Shown: positions 38,773 to 47,962 of the stretch, piece by piece | How the letters are laid out: every line of letters begins with the position of its first letter | Numbering within the stretch: position 1 is the first letter of the stretch | Source: an uncultured candidate division Zixibacteria bacterium | GTDB lineage: Bacteria; Zixibacteria; MSB-5A5; SM1-73 | Length of the DNA stretch: 64,000 nt | NCBI GenBank assembly: GCA_903908285.1 | Contig: CAIVRH010000014.1 | Span: forward strand, 57,991 to 121,990 | Direction of reading: 5' to 3' | Program-made: the position numbers and the translations under genes | Notes under the pieces: generated by a model | What the model was told of the DNA's origin: nothing | The model's database searches: none | Seen by the model: only the letters and a program-made list of their open reading frames with translations

Positions 38773-39882
38773 ATGAGAACCCCAATACTGATCTTCGGGT
38801 TAATTGTGTTTTTCTTTGCTTCATGCAGTTTAGTTTATGCCCAGCCATTTGAGGAGATTGAAATCGCCACAGGAGCGGATCCGCATTGGTCACCGGATGG
38901 AACCAAGCTTGCTTATGTTTATCATGCTGCGCTTTATGTAGCAAACGCAAATGGGGAAGGTGAGCCACAAAAAATCGAAGAGCTTCCGGAAAATGCTGAA
39001 GGTTTTGCCTGGTTGGATTCAAATGAATTTCTGGTGTGGGGGAGGGATTACGGAAGGGAAGAAGGGGGTATGTTAAACAAAAGCAACTGGATCCAAGCGA
39101 TAAATAAAAACGGAGAGAAACGATCCATTGCCAGAGATAAGGAGATTGCTGAAGATAGTAAGCCGCATGAAATTCCCCTCATCTCCGGGCTTACGATTTT
39201 AAATGATGGGACAATAGGTTATTGGGAGACACCGATGGGGGTGGAGGACGAATGGGAAAATACCAACAAAGTATTCCACATAATAAAACAGGGAAAGCTC
39301 CCACCGGATTCTGCGGTGAAGCAACTTCAAGCAGTTTGGCATTATGGAGGGATATACAGCCGCGGAGGTAAACAAGTATACCCGGAACAAGGTATTTGGC
39401 TGGAGAGCGTAGATGGAACCATAAACAAAAAAGTCAGCTCGTGCGATCACTGCTCATTTCCAGTTTTATCTCCTGATGGAACCAAAATTCTTGTAGTGTG
39501 TGGTGCAAAATGCCCTACATGTATACTAGACCTAAATGGAAACGAATCATGTGTCGGGAAGGAACCAATTGATCCTTCTGATCCTATGGATACGGTCTTT
39601 ATCAGAGGTAATGTGAATGGATTGCCCGTTTGGTCTCCAGATGGGGAAAAAATAGCCTATGGGTATCACTGGTATAAACCTGTAATGGAGGGTTATGATG
39701 ATGTTGACATTATTGAGATTACTTCTGATATATACATAGAGAACTGGGATGGCAGTGGTAGAATTCAGGTAACCGATACCCCAGATATAGCCGAAGGTGG
39801 ACCGGTATGGTCGCCAGATGGATCAAAGATTGCCTGCACAGACAGTAAAACGGCTAAGATATTTGTTATAAAACTAAGATAA
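38773..39882 (+). CDS. Secreted PD40 (TolB-like) beta-propeller protein, paralog B
   Basis: AGGAGGAG Shine-Dalgarno. Signal peptide MRTPILIFGLIVFFFASCSLVYA. Motifs QPFEEIEIATGADPHWSPDGTKLAY, VLSPDGTKILVV, VWSPDGEKIAYGY, VWSPDGSKIACTD. C-terminal KIFVIKLR. Confidence 0.7.
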   Translation: MRTPILIFGLIVFFFASCSLVYAQPFEEIEIATGADPHWSPDGTKLAYVYHAALYVANANGEGEPQKIEELPENAEGFAWLDSNEFLVWGRDYGREEGGMLNKSNWIQAINKNGEKRSIARDKEIAEDSKPHEIPLISGLTILNDGTIGYWETPMGVEDEWENTNKVFHIIKQGKLPPDSAVKQLQAVWHYGGIYSRGGKQVYPEQGIWLESVDGTINKKVSSCDHCSFPVLSPDGTKILVVCGAKCPTCILDLNGNESCVGKEPIDPSDPMDTVFIRGNVNGLPVWSPDGEKIAYGYHWYKPVMEGYDDVDIIEITSDIYIENWDGSGRIQVTDTPDIAEGGPVWSPDGSKIACTDSKTAKIFVIKLR

Positions 39883-39914
39883 AGAAGCTAATATATTTAA
39901 TAGGGAGGCTAAAA

Positions 39915-40457
39915 ATGAAAAAGAACATAATATTTTCTGTTGTGCTTCTAATAGTTGCATTTTCACCGTCCATAATTTTCGCCGATTGGGTTGTTTGCAT
40001 TGATGCGGGACATGGGGGACCGGGCGCAGATAAATATACTAATGGTGGAGATTTGTCGGGGACTGCTGGAAAATGTATCAAAATCGCAGAGCAGTGGGTT
40101 AACTTCAATGTAGCTTGTGAGTTAAGATATGCTATACTTCAAACAACGATGTACAATGTTGTTATGACCAGGCAATCTGAGGCTGATCCCTATTATGGGT
40201 ATGGTATAAATGAGTGGGACCGGAACTTATGGAAACGTGCCCGAATAGCAAATTACGCTAAAGCAGGTCTAGGGGATATTTATGCTCGTCATGCTGATCA
40301 ATTCATTTCTATCCATCATAATGGCTGGGACGATTCGCTTACACAAGGTATAGAAGTATTTTGGTGTTCCAAACAAACAACAGACAGTGGTTATTCGCGT
40401 TGCTATGTACCATCTCCTTTAATCGTTGACAAGGAGGTGATCTCATCTTATTGTTAA
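39915..40457 (+). pseudogene. N-acetylmuramoyl-L-alanine amidase (Amidase_3) gene, 3'-truncated where the 87-nt conserved element begins
   Basis: Signal peptide. Catalytic-domain motifs CIDAGHGGPGADKY, IAEQW, FISIHHNGWDD, QGIEVFW. The last 15 codons (PSPLIVDKEVISSYC-stop) are encoded by the repeated promoter element. The C-terminal part of the domain, containing the catalytic Glu, is missing. Confidence 0.55.
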
Positions 40458-40503
40458 GAATAATAAATTTCAAGAATTTCAAACAAAACCAGGAGGAGGT
40501 AAG
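40411..40503 (+). promoter_or_regulatory. Conserved promoter/5'UTR element, copy 2
   Basis: catctcctttaatcgTTGACAaggaggtgatctcatctTATTGTtaagaataataaatttcaagaatttcaaacaaaaccaggaggaggtaagATG. Confidence 0.6.
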
Positions 40504-41511
40504 ATGCGAACCCAAAAACTAATTTTAGGGTTGTTTATGCTCTTATTTGTTTCTCACAGTTTCATTTTTGCCCAGTCGTTTGAAACCATTCAGATTGGGA
40601 ATGGCACTCAAAAGTTCAGCAAGCCAGTTTGGTCACCTAATGGAGAAAATTTAGCATTTTGGGGACATGGGGGAATCTATGTTTGCAAGTGGGATGGATC
40701 GGAACAACCCAAGAAGATATTCGATACCTTTGGTGAGGATTTAATGTGGGCATCGGATTCTGAATTGGTTTATTGGCAAAGAAAATATTGGGAAGAAAAG
40801 CAGGAAGGGAAAAGACCAAAGCGAATGGAAAGGGATTTTATAAAACTGGTAAATCTAAAAGGAGAGGAACAAACTATAACGGAAGGTAACAACTTGCAAG
40901 CCCCCTGTAAACTGCCCGATGGAGCAGTAATCTTCGCAGGTGAACAAGGATATGAGATAATCCGGGAAGGTAATTTGGGCAAAGATGCTCTCAAAGAACA
41001 GTTTGGCGTTACTTCCCATTACCCACCTATTTATGATTCAAGGAAAAAAGGGCCAGAGTACGAAGACACGGACATATGGATTAGCTCATTGGATGGAAAC
41101 TTTAAAAAGAGGGTAACTTATGGCAAAGAATATTATACTCCCAGAATTTCGCCTGATATGACGAAAATATTAGCCAGTGATTTTATCGTCTTAGACCTAA
41201 ATGGTAATGAGTTAGCTAATCTGAATCCCGGGACCAAAATGATTTCTAAGTATGTTAGTTCCATCCCCTGTTGTTCTAAATGGTCACCAGATAGTAAAAG
41301 CATCGTTTACACGATGGAAGTGGACAATGACGAAACACAGATGATTGAAGGATCAGAACTGTGCATCATAAATGTTGACGGTCCCGGTAGAACAGAAATT
41401 ACTTCTACTCCAGCTGAAATTGAGTTGAACCCGGAGTGGTCACCAGATAGTGAAAAAATAGCCTGTAATTCGCTGAATACAGGAAAAATATTCATTATCA
41501 AGTTAAAATGA
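40504..41511 (+). CDS. Secreted PD40 (TolB-like) beta-propeller protein, paralog C
   Basis: Signal peptide MRTQKLILGLFMLLFVSHSFIFA. Motifs QSFETIQIGNG...VWSPNGENLAF, KWSPDSKSIVYTM, EWSPDSEKIACNS. C-terminal KIFIIKLK. Confidence 0.7.
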   Translation: MRTQKLILGLFMLLFVSHSFIFAQSFETIQIGNGTQKFSKPVWSPNGENLAFWGHGGIYVCKWDGSEQPKKIFDTFGEDLMWASDSELVYWQRKYWEEKQEGKRPKRMERDFIKLVNLKGEEQTITEGNNLQAPCKLPDGAVIFAGEQGYEIIREGNLGKDALKEQFGVTSHYPPIYDSRKKGPEYEDTDIWISSLDGNFKKRVTYGKEYYTPRISPDMTKILASDFIVLDLNGNELANLNPGTKMISKYVSSIPCCSKWSPDSKSIVYTMEVDNDETQMIEGSELCIINVDGPGRTEITSTPAEIELNPEWSPDSEKIACNSLNTGKIFIIKLK

Positions 41512-41553
41512 AAGCATTTTACTACTATGCATTCATTCTTCAAGGGGGATCAG

Positions 41554-44500
41554 ATGAAAGGAAAATCACTTCTTAAATGTGTTTTATTGGTTTTGATTGG
41601 AATTACGTTTTTTTATTCTACATGTGTAGCTATTATCTACGTTTGTATAGACCCCGGACATGGCGACAATAAGCATGGATCTGAAGGTCAACATTTCCAC
41701 AGTTTAGAGAAAAATGCCAATCTTAAAGTCGGATTGGCATTAAGAGATTCTTTGAACACACTTGGATATCCAGATTCAACAGTAAGAGTGATTATGACTC
41801 GAACTGGTGACACAAACCCTAGTTTCCAACAACGAGCTGCCTGTGCTATGGGTGATAATCCTGATAGTGCAAGAGCAAGTCAGTTCATTATTATTCATCA
41901 TAACGGCGATACTTCTGATGTTACTAATTACATCATGTCTTATGTTTGCACTTATGTGGATCAAATTCCTGGTGACACTACTGAGAGGGACATAAGCATA
42001 AATCTGGTAGACAGGGTTCAGGCAAAGATGGTTGATATTTTGGGATATAAAGAGGCTTCTCAGAGACTAAAAGATAGCTGTTGGTACGTCTTAGAGTATA
42101 CTAGCATGATTTCTGCTTACCCAGAAGTATCTTTTATGACATGTAGGAAGATAGATTCTCTTTTTCATTACGATACTACCTATGCAAGAAAAGAAGCAGG
42201 GAGTATATACCGTGGATGGCGTGCATATATGGGAGATGATCCCATTATAGTCGTAAGGAATCACTTTGACGGAGGTTATGTTTTGGTGGATAGTATCTCC
42301 CGTGAGTCCCCCTTTCACGGAGCTTGGATGAATGGTGAATCACATCGCATCGGAGCTTACAATCAAACTGGCTATGGTGCAGATGGCTACTATCGATGGT
42401 ACGAGTTTTGCCGATGGCAAGACCAAATATCCCAGCAAGAGCGGAATATCTATGTTGGTAATGACGATGAGGTATATACAGCTTATTTCTCTTGGGACAA
42501 TTCAGGCTCTCATCCCTATTACATAATAGTGCAAAGTCCAAATGGAGATGAGAGTTACGGCATGGGACAAATCATGCCCATTTGTTGGTATGCCGACCCG
42601 GGTATTATCGACCCTGATGGAAATTGTAATGGAACTTTTCTGGATATTTATCTTTCAAGAAACGGAGGTCAAAACTATGATGAAATTATTCAATCGGATT
42701 GGCCAACTTCCGGAAACGCATACGGCTGCTATGAATACTGGCATGTCACAGGTCCCCCGTCTGGTCAATGTAAAATCAAGATATTAGCACATGATGATAT
42801 TTGTAACAATGATTATGATGTCTCAAATTATAATTTTGCTATATTGTGTGCTCCCCAGCCTAATTCTCCTTCTAATCTGATTGCAACGAATTATGGATGT
42901 GATGCACGCATTTCCTTATACTGGCAAGATAATTCTACAACTGAGGATGGTTTCAATATTTATCGGGATGGGCAACTTACCGGTTCCGTGGGAGCAAATG
43001 TTACCACGTTCACCCAAACGGGACTTCATCCGGGTCAAAGTTATTCTTATTATGTCAAAGCACAAAGACAAGGGTGTGAATCCGCACCCACCAACACGGT
43101 GAGTTCGGTTCCGGGACTCCTTACCCCAACCGCTCCTACGAATCTTCAGGTGGTGAACGTTGGGCCGTGCGAATTCCGAGCCACATGGCAAGACAATTCA
43201 TCCAACGAAGATGGTTTTGTCATAAAAAATGGAACTTTTTTACATGCAAGGGTTGATCCCAACATTACCAGCTATCAGGGATACTATTTCCCGGAAGCAG
43301 AATGGAAGCAAACTGGTGATTTCTACGTGTATGCTTATACCGACGATCCTGGCAGTGGTTGTAAATCTTACTCCAATCATGTGAACCTTGACCCACCTGG
43401 TGGTTTAATGCTCTGGCCTACTGACATTCAATTCCACGGCTCTGATTGCTATTGGTATATCACCTGGCATAAAAGAGACAACTACGACCGGTGCCAGGTC
43501 AAAATCAAGTACACCGATTATACTACCACCACCGGCTGCGATGAACAATACAACTTTTGGTATACCCAGCTTTCATCCCCGGATAGTTTCCGGTTTCTGC
43601 CCAGTGTGGGCGATCATTGTTATCAAGCGCAGGTTCGTGGGGGCAAGTGGGTGGATTGTGGGTCCTACGGAGATATGAAATGGTCGGAATATCCCCCACC
43701 TACTTACTGGGTGCGGATTATCTGCAACAATCCACCCTGGGGTTGCCCTTACCTTTTTGTACCCGATGGAGAAAAATACGTTGGCGAGAATACCATTTTG
43801 GCGCCGGCAGAAATGTCAACGGAGAGGGACTTAGACATCAACGATTACTATCTCATACGTCAATCGTTAACTCCAATAGATAGTCTGTATAAGCTTCGTA
43901 TAGCTGAATTCGAAAGTGAACACTCCTTCTTTGACCAAGTAAAGCTTTTGGCGGTAGATCATGATCTTAGCACGAAAGCGGCGGTGTCTGCAAAAGGCGA
44001 AGTATTCGTTTATAATCCCACCGACTATTTCGAGCCTATCTCCTGCAGTGATAGAAACGGGGTAAATAAAGACTCCCTCCTCCAATTAGAACCCGAAGAT
44101 AAAGTTTTTCTTTCTGGATCGGGTTCTCTGACTTTAAATTTCGGATCGATTCCCTCGGATACCGGAAGTCTGATTATGCTCGCTCCCTGCTGCGGGAGCC
44201 CCAAGTTCCCCAAGGCTATTACCAAGATTGCATCCGGGGCAGAACCAACCCAGCAAATCGGCTTGTTGGTTGAGACGGAGGGGAATGGGGTTTGGCAGAA
44301 AGTCGACTCGCTTCCGCCAAGAATGGAACAGCAGGAAGTTCTGGTAAATCTCTCCGATCACACCTCCCCGGAGCGGGCGCTAAAAATAAAACTGAGCTGG
44401 GACGAAAGAGGTTATACCTTTTCCAAAGTTCGCTGCTTGCGGGCGCAAAGGTTTAATCAACCGGTATCTCTACCGTTGATTTCCGCTTACCATTCCTCGG

Positions 44501-44958
44501 CCGGTGAGGTGAAGCAGAAACTAACCTCGAATGACAATGACTATGCGGAAGTTTTGCCCGGACAAAATATCGATTTATCTTTTTCCTATCAGCCAGTCGA
44601 GCCGAATAAAGTCAGGGATTTGGTATTCGAGTGTAACGGGTATTATTTCACGGAAAATACGGCTCCGGACAGCAGCAGTGATACCAGCGAGATCTCGCAG
44701 AATTATCCCAACCCTTTTAATCCGCAGACTCAGATCAAATTTACCGTAATCAAAACTGCACCGGTAAATCTGGCAATTTATAATATTCTCGGACAAAAAG
44801 TCGCCACTTTAATGGACGAAACATTGCCGGTGGGAAAACATGTGGTAATTTGGAACGGCGAAGACGATTCCGGTCAAAAAGTGGCAAGCGGTATTTATTT
44901 CTATCGTCTTCAAGTAGGGGAGTTTAATGAAGTAAGGAAGATGATACTGATGAAATAA
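41554..44958 (+). CDS. Giant secreted protein: N-terminal Amidase_3-like domain, central region, two FN3-like modules, C-terminal T9SS sorting domain
   Basis: AAGGGGGAT Shine-Dalgarno and signal peptide. Amidase motifs CIDPGHGDNKHG, LEKNANLKV, FIIIHHNGDT. FN3-like NLIATNYGCDARISLYWQDNSTTEDGFNIYRDG and NLQVVNVGPCEFRATWQDNSSNEDGFVIKNG. CTD ISQNYPNPFNPQTQIKFTV...IYNILGQKVATLMDE...GIYFYRLQVGEFNEVRKMILMK. Confidence 0.75.
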   Translation: MKGKSLLKCVLLVLIGITFFYSTCVAIIYVCIDPGHGDNKHGSEGQHFHSLEKNANLKVGLALRDSLNTLGYPDSTVRVIMTRTGDTNPSFQQRAACAMGDNPDSARASQFIIIHHNGDTSDVTNYIMSYVCTYVDQIPGDTTERDISINLVDRVQAKMVDILGYKEASQRLKDSCWYVLEYTSMISAYPEVSFMTCRKIDSLFHYDTTYARKEAGSIYRGWRAYMGDDPIIVVRNHFDGGYVLVDSISRESPFHGAWMNGESHRIGAYNQTGYGADGYYRWYEFCRWQDQISQQERNIYVGNDDEVYTAYFSWDNSGSHPYYIIVQSPNGDESYGMGQIMPICWYADPGIIDPDGNCNGTFLDIYLSRNGGQNYDEIIQSDWPTSGNAYGCYEYWHVTGPPSGQCKIKILAHDDICNNDYDVSNYNFAILCAPQPNSPSNLIATNYGCDARISLYWQDNSTTEDGFNIYRDGQLTGSVGANVTTFTQTGLHPGQSYSYYVKAQRQGCESAPTNTVSSVPGLLTPTAPTNLQVVNVGPCEFRATWQDNSSNEDGFVIKNGTFLHARVDPNITSYQGYYFPEAEWKQTGDFYVYAYTDDPGSGCKSYSNHVNLDPPGGLMLWPTDIQFHGSDCYWYITWHKRDNYDRCQVKIKYTDYTTTTGCDEQYNFWYTQLSSPDSFRFLPSVGDHCYQAQVRGGKWVDCGSYGDMKWSEYPPPTYWVRIICNNPPWGCPYLFVPDGEKYVGENTILAPAEMSTERDLDINDYYLIRQSLTPIDSLYKLRIAEFESEHSFFDQVKLLAVDHDLSTKAAVSAKGEVFVYNPTDYFEPISCSDRNGVNKDSLLQLEPEDKVFLSGSGSLTLNFGSIPSDTGSLIMLAPCCGSPKFPKAITKIASGAEPTQQIGLLVETEGNGVWQKVDSLPPRMEQQEVLVNLSDHTSPERALKIKLSWDERGYTFSKVRCLRAQRFNQPVSLPLISAYHSSAGEVKQKLTSNDNDYAEVLPGQNIDLSFSYQPVEPNKVRDLVFECNGYYFTENTAPDSSSDTSEISQNYPNPFNPQTQIKFTVIKTAPVNLAIYNILGQKVATLMDETLPVGKHVVIWNGEDDSGQKVASGIYFYRLQVGEFNEVRKMILMK

Positions 44959-44978
44959 ATATGACCGTTTTACGAATC

Positions 44979-45021
44979 TGCCCCGGTCTTTGTCCGCAGG
45001 AAAGGCTGGGGCATTTTTTTT
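44979..45021 (+). terminator. Putative rho-independent terminator
   Basis: tgcccc...ggggca with a structured loop, followed by tttttttt. Confidence 0.5.
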
Positions 45022-45238
45022 GGTTTAACTCGTTTGGCTGTTTTGATGGAGAGTGGTTTTTAGTCCGAAACCAGCCATATACTGCATAAGCCAACGCAAA
45101 TTCCAATGAAACATTAATATTTCCGGAACATTTCCTTTTAAGCTACAGTATAAAAAATTGTATCGAATTGACTTGGTCTTTATGACCATCAATTGTTCTT
45201 CTTTATAACAATTGCTTCTTCTTGCCCCGGAGGCCGCC

Positions 45239-47671
45239 ATGCTGACTTGGAAATGGATTTTGATCTCTGTTCTGATATCCTTCTGCTTTTTTCTTCTAAA
45301 CAATTCTGAACTGTTGGCTCAAAAAACGGATGAGGACACCATAAAAAGCATTACTGCAGTTAAAGTAAACGGAGGGGCAAAAATCGATGGGGTGCTGGAT
45401 GAGGATTTCTGGCAGAAAGCGCCCCGCTCTGGGGATTTTACTCAATTTCAGCCGGATGAAGGCAAACCCGCTTCCGAATCCACCTTTATCCGGGTGGCAT
45501 ATGACGATGAAGCCTTGTATGTCGGAGCTGAGATGTATGATAATGAGCCGGATAAAATCATCAGCCGTCTGACCCGAAGAGACCGCTATGTCGAGTCCGA
45601 CCTGCTCAATGTAATCATCGACAGCCATCATGATCATCAGACCGGTTATGCTTTCGTGATCACCGTAGCGGGAACGCAAAGGGACGGTTATTATTACAAT
45701 GACACCTGGAACGATGAAAGCTGGGACGGAGTCTGGGAATCGGCCACTAAAAGAACCAACTGGGGATGGACTACCGAATTGAGAATTCCTTTTCACTGCC
45801 TCCGCTTTGCCCGGGAGGAAAACCCGGTCTGGGGGATTTATTTCAGCCGCCGCATCACCCGTAAGAATGAGTTGGACCGCTGGATCTATATACCGGAAAG
45901 CGCCAGTGGCTTCGTTTCCCGCTTTGGCCACCTGAAGGGAATGCAGAACATTACTCCACCCAGGAGTTTGGAAGTTTTACCCTATGTGGTATCTTATGAG
46001 AAATCTGAAATCAAAAGTTTGGGTAATCCGGACGGAAGGGACTTTTTTGGAAATATCGGATTTGACTTGAAATATGGAATCACTTCAAACATTACCCTCG
46101 ATGCTACGGTTAATCCCGACTTTGGTCAGGTGGAAGCGGACCAGACCACATTGAATCTATCCACCTTCGAGACCTGGTATCAGGAGAAACGCCCCTTTTT
46201 CATTGAGGGATTCAAAATTTTCGAAACCCCCTTCAACCTCTTTTATTCCCGGCGGATTGGTAGAGAACCTTCTATTTGGCCAAGTGACACGAGTTATTAT
46301 ATTAACCGCCCTACCGCCTCCTCCATCCTGTTTGCTGGAAAAGTAAGTGGAAAAACCAAAAACGGAACCTCTATCGGTATTCTCGAAGCAATCACACAGA
46401 GAGAAACAGCTGAATATATGGATACAAGCGGTGTCCGCAGAAAGGAAGTAATAGAACCTGAAGCCAATTACTTTGTGGCGCGGGTTATGCAGGACATCTG
46501 GAAAAATTCATACTTAGGCATTATGGCAACCGCGGTGAACCAGAAATATTCTATTCCAGCTTACATTGGTGGTGTGGATTGGACTCTGCGTTTTAAAAAC
46601 GGCGACTACCGGTGCAGTGGACAGGCGGTGGGTTCCAGGATCGGACCGGATAATCACGGCTGGGGTGGAATGATGACCTTTCAGAAGGAAGGAGGAGAGC
46701 ACCTCCTCGGTTCTTTTAGTGCAGAGTATTTGGATCGGGGATTGGATTTGAATCGCTTGGGATACTTAAGGCGTCCAGATTTTAAGGAAATCTCAGCCTG
46801 GCTGCAGTACAAGACCACGAAAAATAAGTGGATAGTAAGAAAAACCTGGAATAATCTCAATCTGGACATTTGCGATAACTTATCGGGACTCAAACTGACC
46901 CGGGGGGGAAATTTCAACACTTCCATCGAGCTGACCAACTTCTGGAATGTGGGAGGAGGAATCTGGTCGGATTTTGAGAATGTATATTCCGACCGCGAAA
47001 CCCGGGGCGGACCACCCGCTCCCATACCGATGGGGCAAAGCTGGTGGACCTGGTTCAATACCGACAGCCGAAAATGGTGGCAGGTTAACCCATCTTTGGA
47101 AGGTGGGGATAACTGGGACGGGCATTACAATTATTACAGCCTCTGGCTTAATCTGCAACCCAGAACCAACATCGAGTTCAGCGGAGGTCCCGGATATTAT
47201 CACAGCCACGGCATCTCCCGATGGCTCACCTATCTGGAAGACGAAAATGATAATAGAACCGATGAGATTTTCGGTGAAGAGAACATGAAGCGTTTTGACA
47301 TGACCATCCGGGGGACTTACATCTTCGAAAAGAACTTGACCCTGCAAATCTATGCGCAACCATTCCTGGCAGCAGTAGACTATCGAAATTTCAAGAAACT
47401 TGTTCCCCCAGACAAGTTTGAATTCGTAGATACTACCGTATACAATGAAAGAGACTACCAGCCGGATTTCAACTGGAAATCCTTCAACTCTAATGTGGTC
47501 TTGCGCTGGGAATACCGCCCGGGAAGCACCCTGTTCGTGGTCTGGACTCAGAACCGGGACACCTGGGAGGGGGTGGGCGATTTCAGATTCAGACATGATT
47601 GGAATAACCTGTTTGAAACCATCCCCGGAAATACGTTTTTGATCAAACTTAATTACTGGTGGAATATTTAA
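45239..47671 (+). CDS. Secreted CBM9-like domain plus large beta-barrel (DUF5916-type) protein
   Basis: Signal peptide MLTWKWILISVLISFCFFLL. N-terminal ITAVKVNGGAKIDGVLDEDFWQKAPRSGDFTQFQP...YDDEALYVGAEMYD resembles the carbohydrate-binding family-9-like module. The remainder is rich in beta-strand-like alternating patterns. Confidence 0.55.
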   Translation: MLTWKWILISVLISFCFFLLNNSELLAQKTDEDTIKSITAVKVNGGAKIDGVLDEDFWQKAPRSGDFTQFQPDEGKPASESTFIRVAYDDEALYVGAEMYDNEPDKIISRLTRRDRYVESDLLNVIIDSHHDHQTGYAFVITVAGTQRDGYYYNDTWNDESWDGVWESATKRTNWGWTTELRIPFHCLRFAREENPVWGIYFSRRITRKNELDRWIYIPESASGFVSRFGHLKGMQNITPPRSLEVLPYVVSYEKSEIKSLGNPDGRDFFGNIGFDLKYGITSNITLDATVNPDFGQVEADQTTLNLSTFETWYQEKRPFFIEGFKIFETPFNLFYSRRIGREPSIWPSDTSYYINRPTASSILFAGKVSGKTKNGTSIGILEAITQRETAEYMDTSGVRRKEVIEPEANYFVARVMQDIWKNSYLGIMATAVNQKYSIPAYIGGVDWTLRFKNGDYRCSGQAVGSRIGPDNHGWGGMMTFQKEGGEHLLGSFSAEYLDRGLDLNRLGYLRRPDFKEISAWLQYKTTKNKWIVRKTWNNLNLDICDNLSGLKLTRGGNFNTSIELTNFWNVGGGIWSDFENVYSDRETRGGPPAPIPMGQSWWTWFNTDSRKWWQVNPSLEGGDNWDGHYNYYSLWLNLQPRTNIEFSGGPGYYHSHGISRWLTYLEDENDNRTDEIFGEENMKRFDMTIRGTYIFEKNLTLQIYAQPFLAAVDYRNFKKLVPPDKFEFVDTTVYNERDYQPDFNWKSFNSNVVLRWEYRPGSTLFVVWTQNRDTWEGVGDFRFRHDWNNLFETIPGNTFLIKLNYWWNI

Positions 47672-47750
47672 ACCCTCCACCCCGATAGACCAAAGCAAAG
47701 AGAAGGGTCAAAAACAACGGGATAAGACAATTGAGCAAAGTACCCTAAAG

Positions 47751-47793
47751 ATGCCTGTCGGGTTCCCCCCACCCGGCAGGCATTTACTATTTT
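47751..47793 (+). terminator. Rho-independent terminator
   Basis: atgcctgtcgggttccccccacccggcaggcat (12-bp stem, one mismatch) followed by ttactatttt. Confidence 0.6.
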
Positions 47794-47885
47794 ATGGTGG
47801 AGCCTGAATAGGGAATCGAGTGCTTCACAATTCTCTAAATTCCGATGACTTTCATGTCTTACTGACTATCCTGCCATTTTATAGC

Positions 47886-47914
47886 TTGACAAAAAGGGGT
47901 TGCCGGTTATAATT
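47886..47914 (+). promoter_or_regulatory. Sigma70-type promoter TTGACA-N17-ATAATT upstream of miaB
   Basis: cTTGACAaaaaggggttgccggttATAATTcaa. Confidence 0.55.
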
Positions 47915-47962
47915 CAAATGAAACTATTAAGTTGCCCGTGTAATCTGATTCAAAAGATACCT

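Noticed and set aside
46880-47698. 272-aa minus-strand ORF and 211-aa ORF (45296..45931) antisense to the CBM9-like/DUF5916 gene
   Set aside because: The plus-strand 811-aa frame carries a signal peptide and a recognisable N-terminal CBM9-like module. The antisense frames have no Shine-Dalgarno and no motif. They are artefacts of codon bias in the sense strand.
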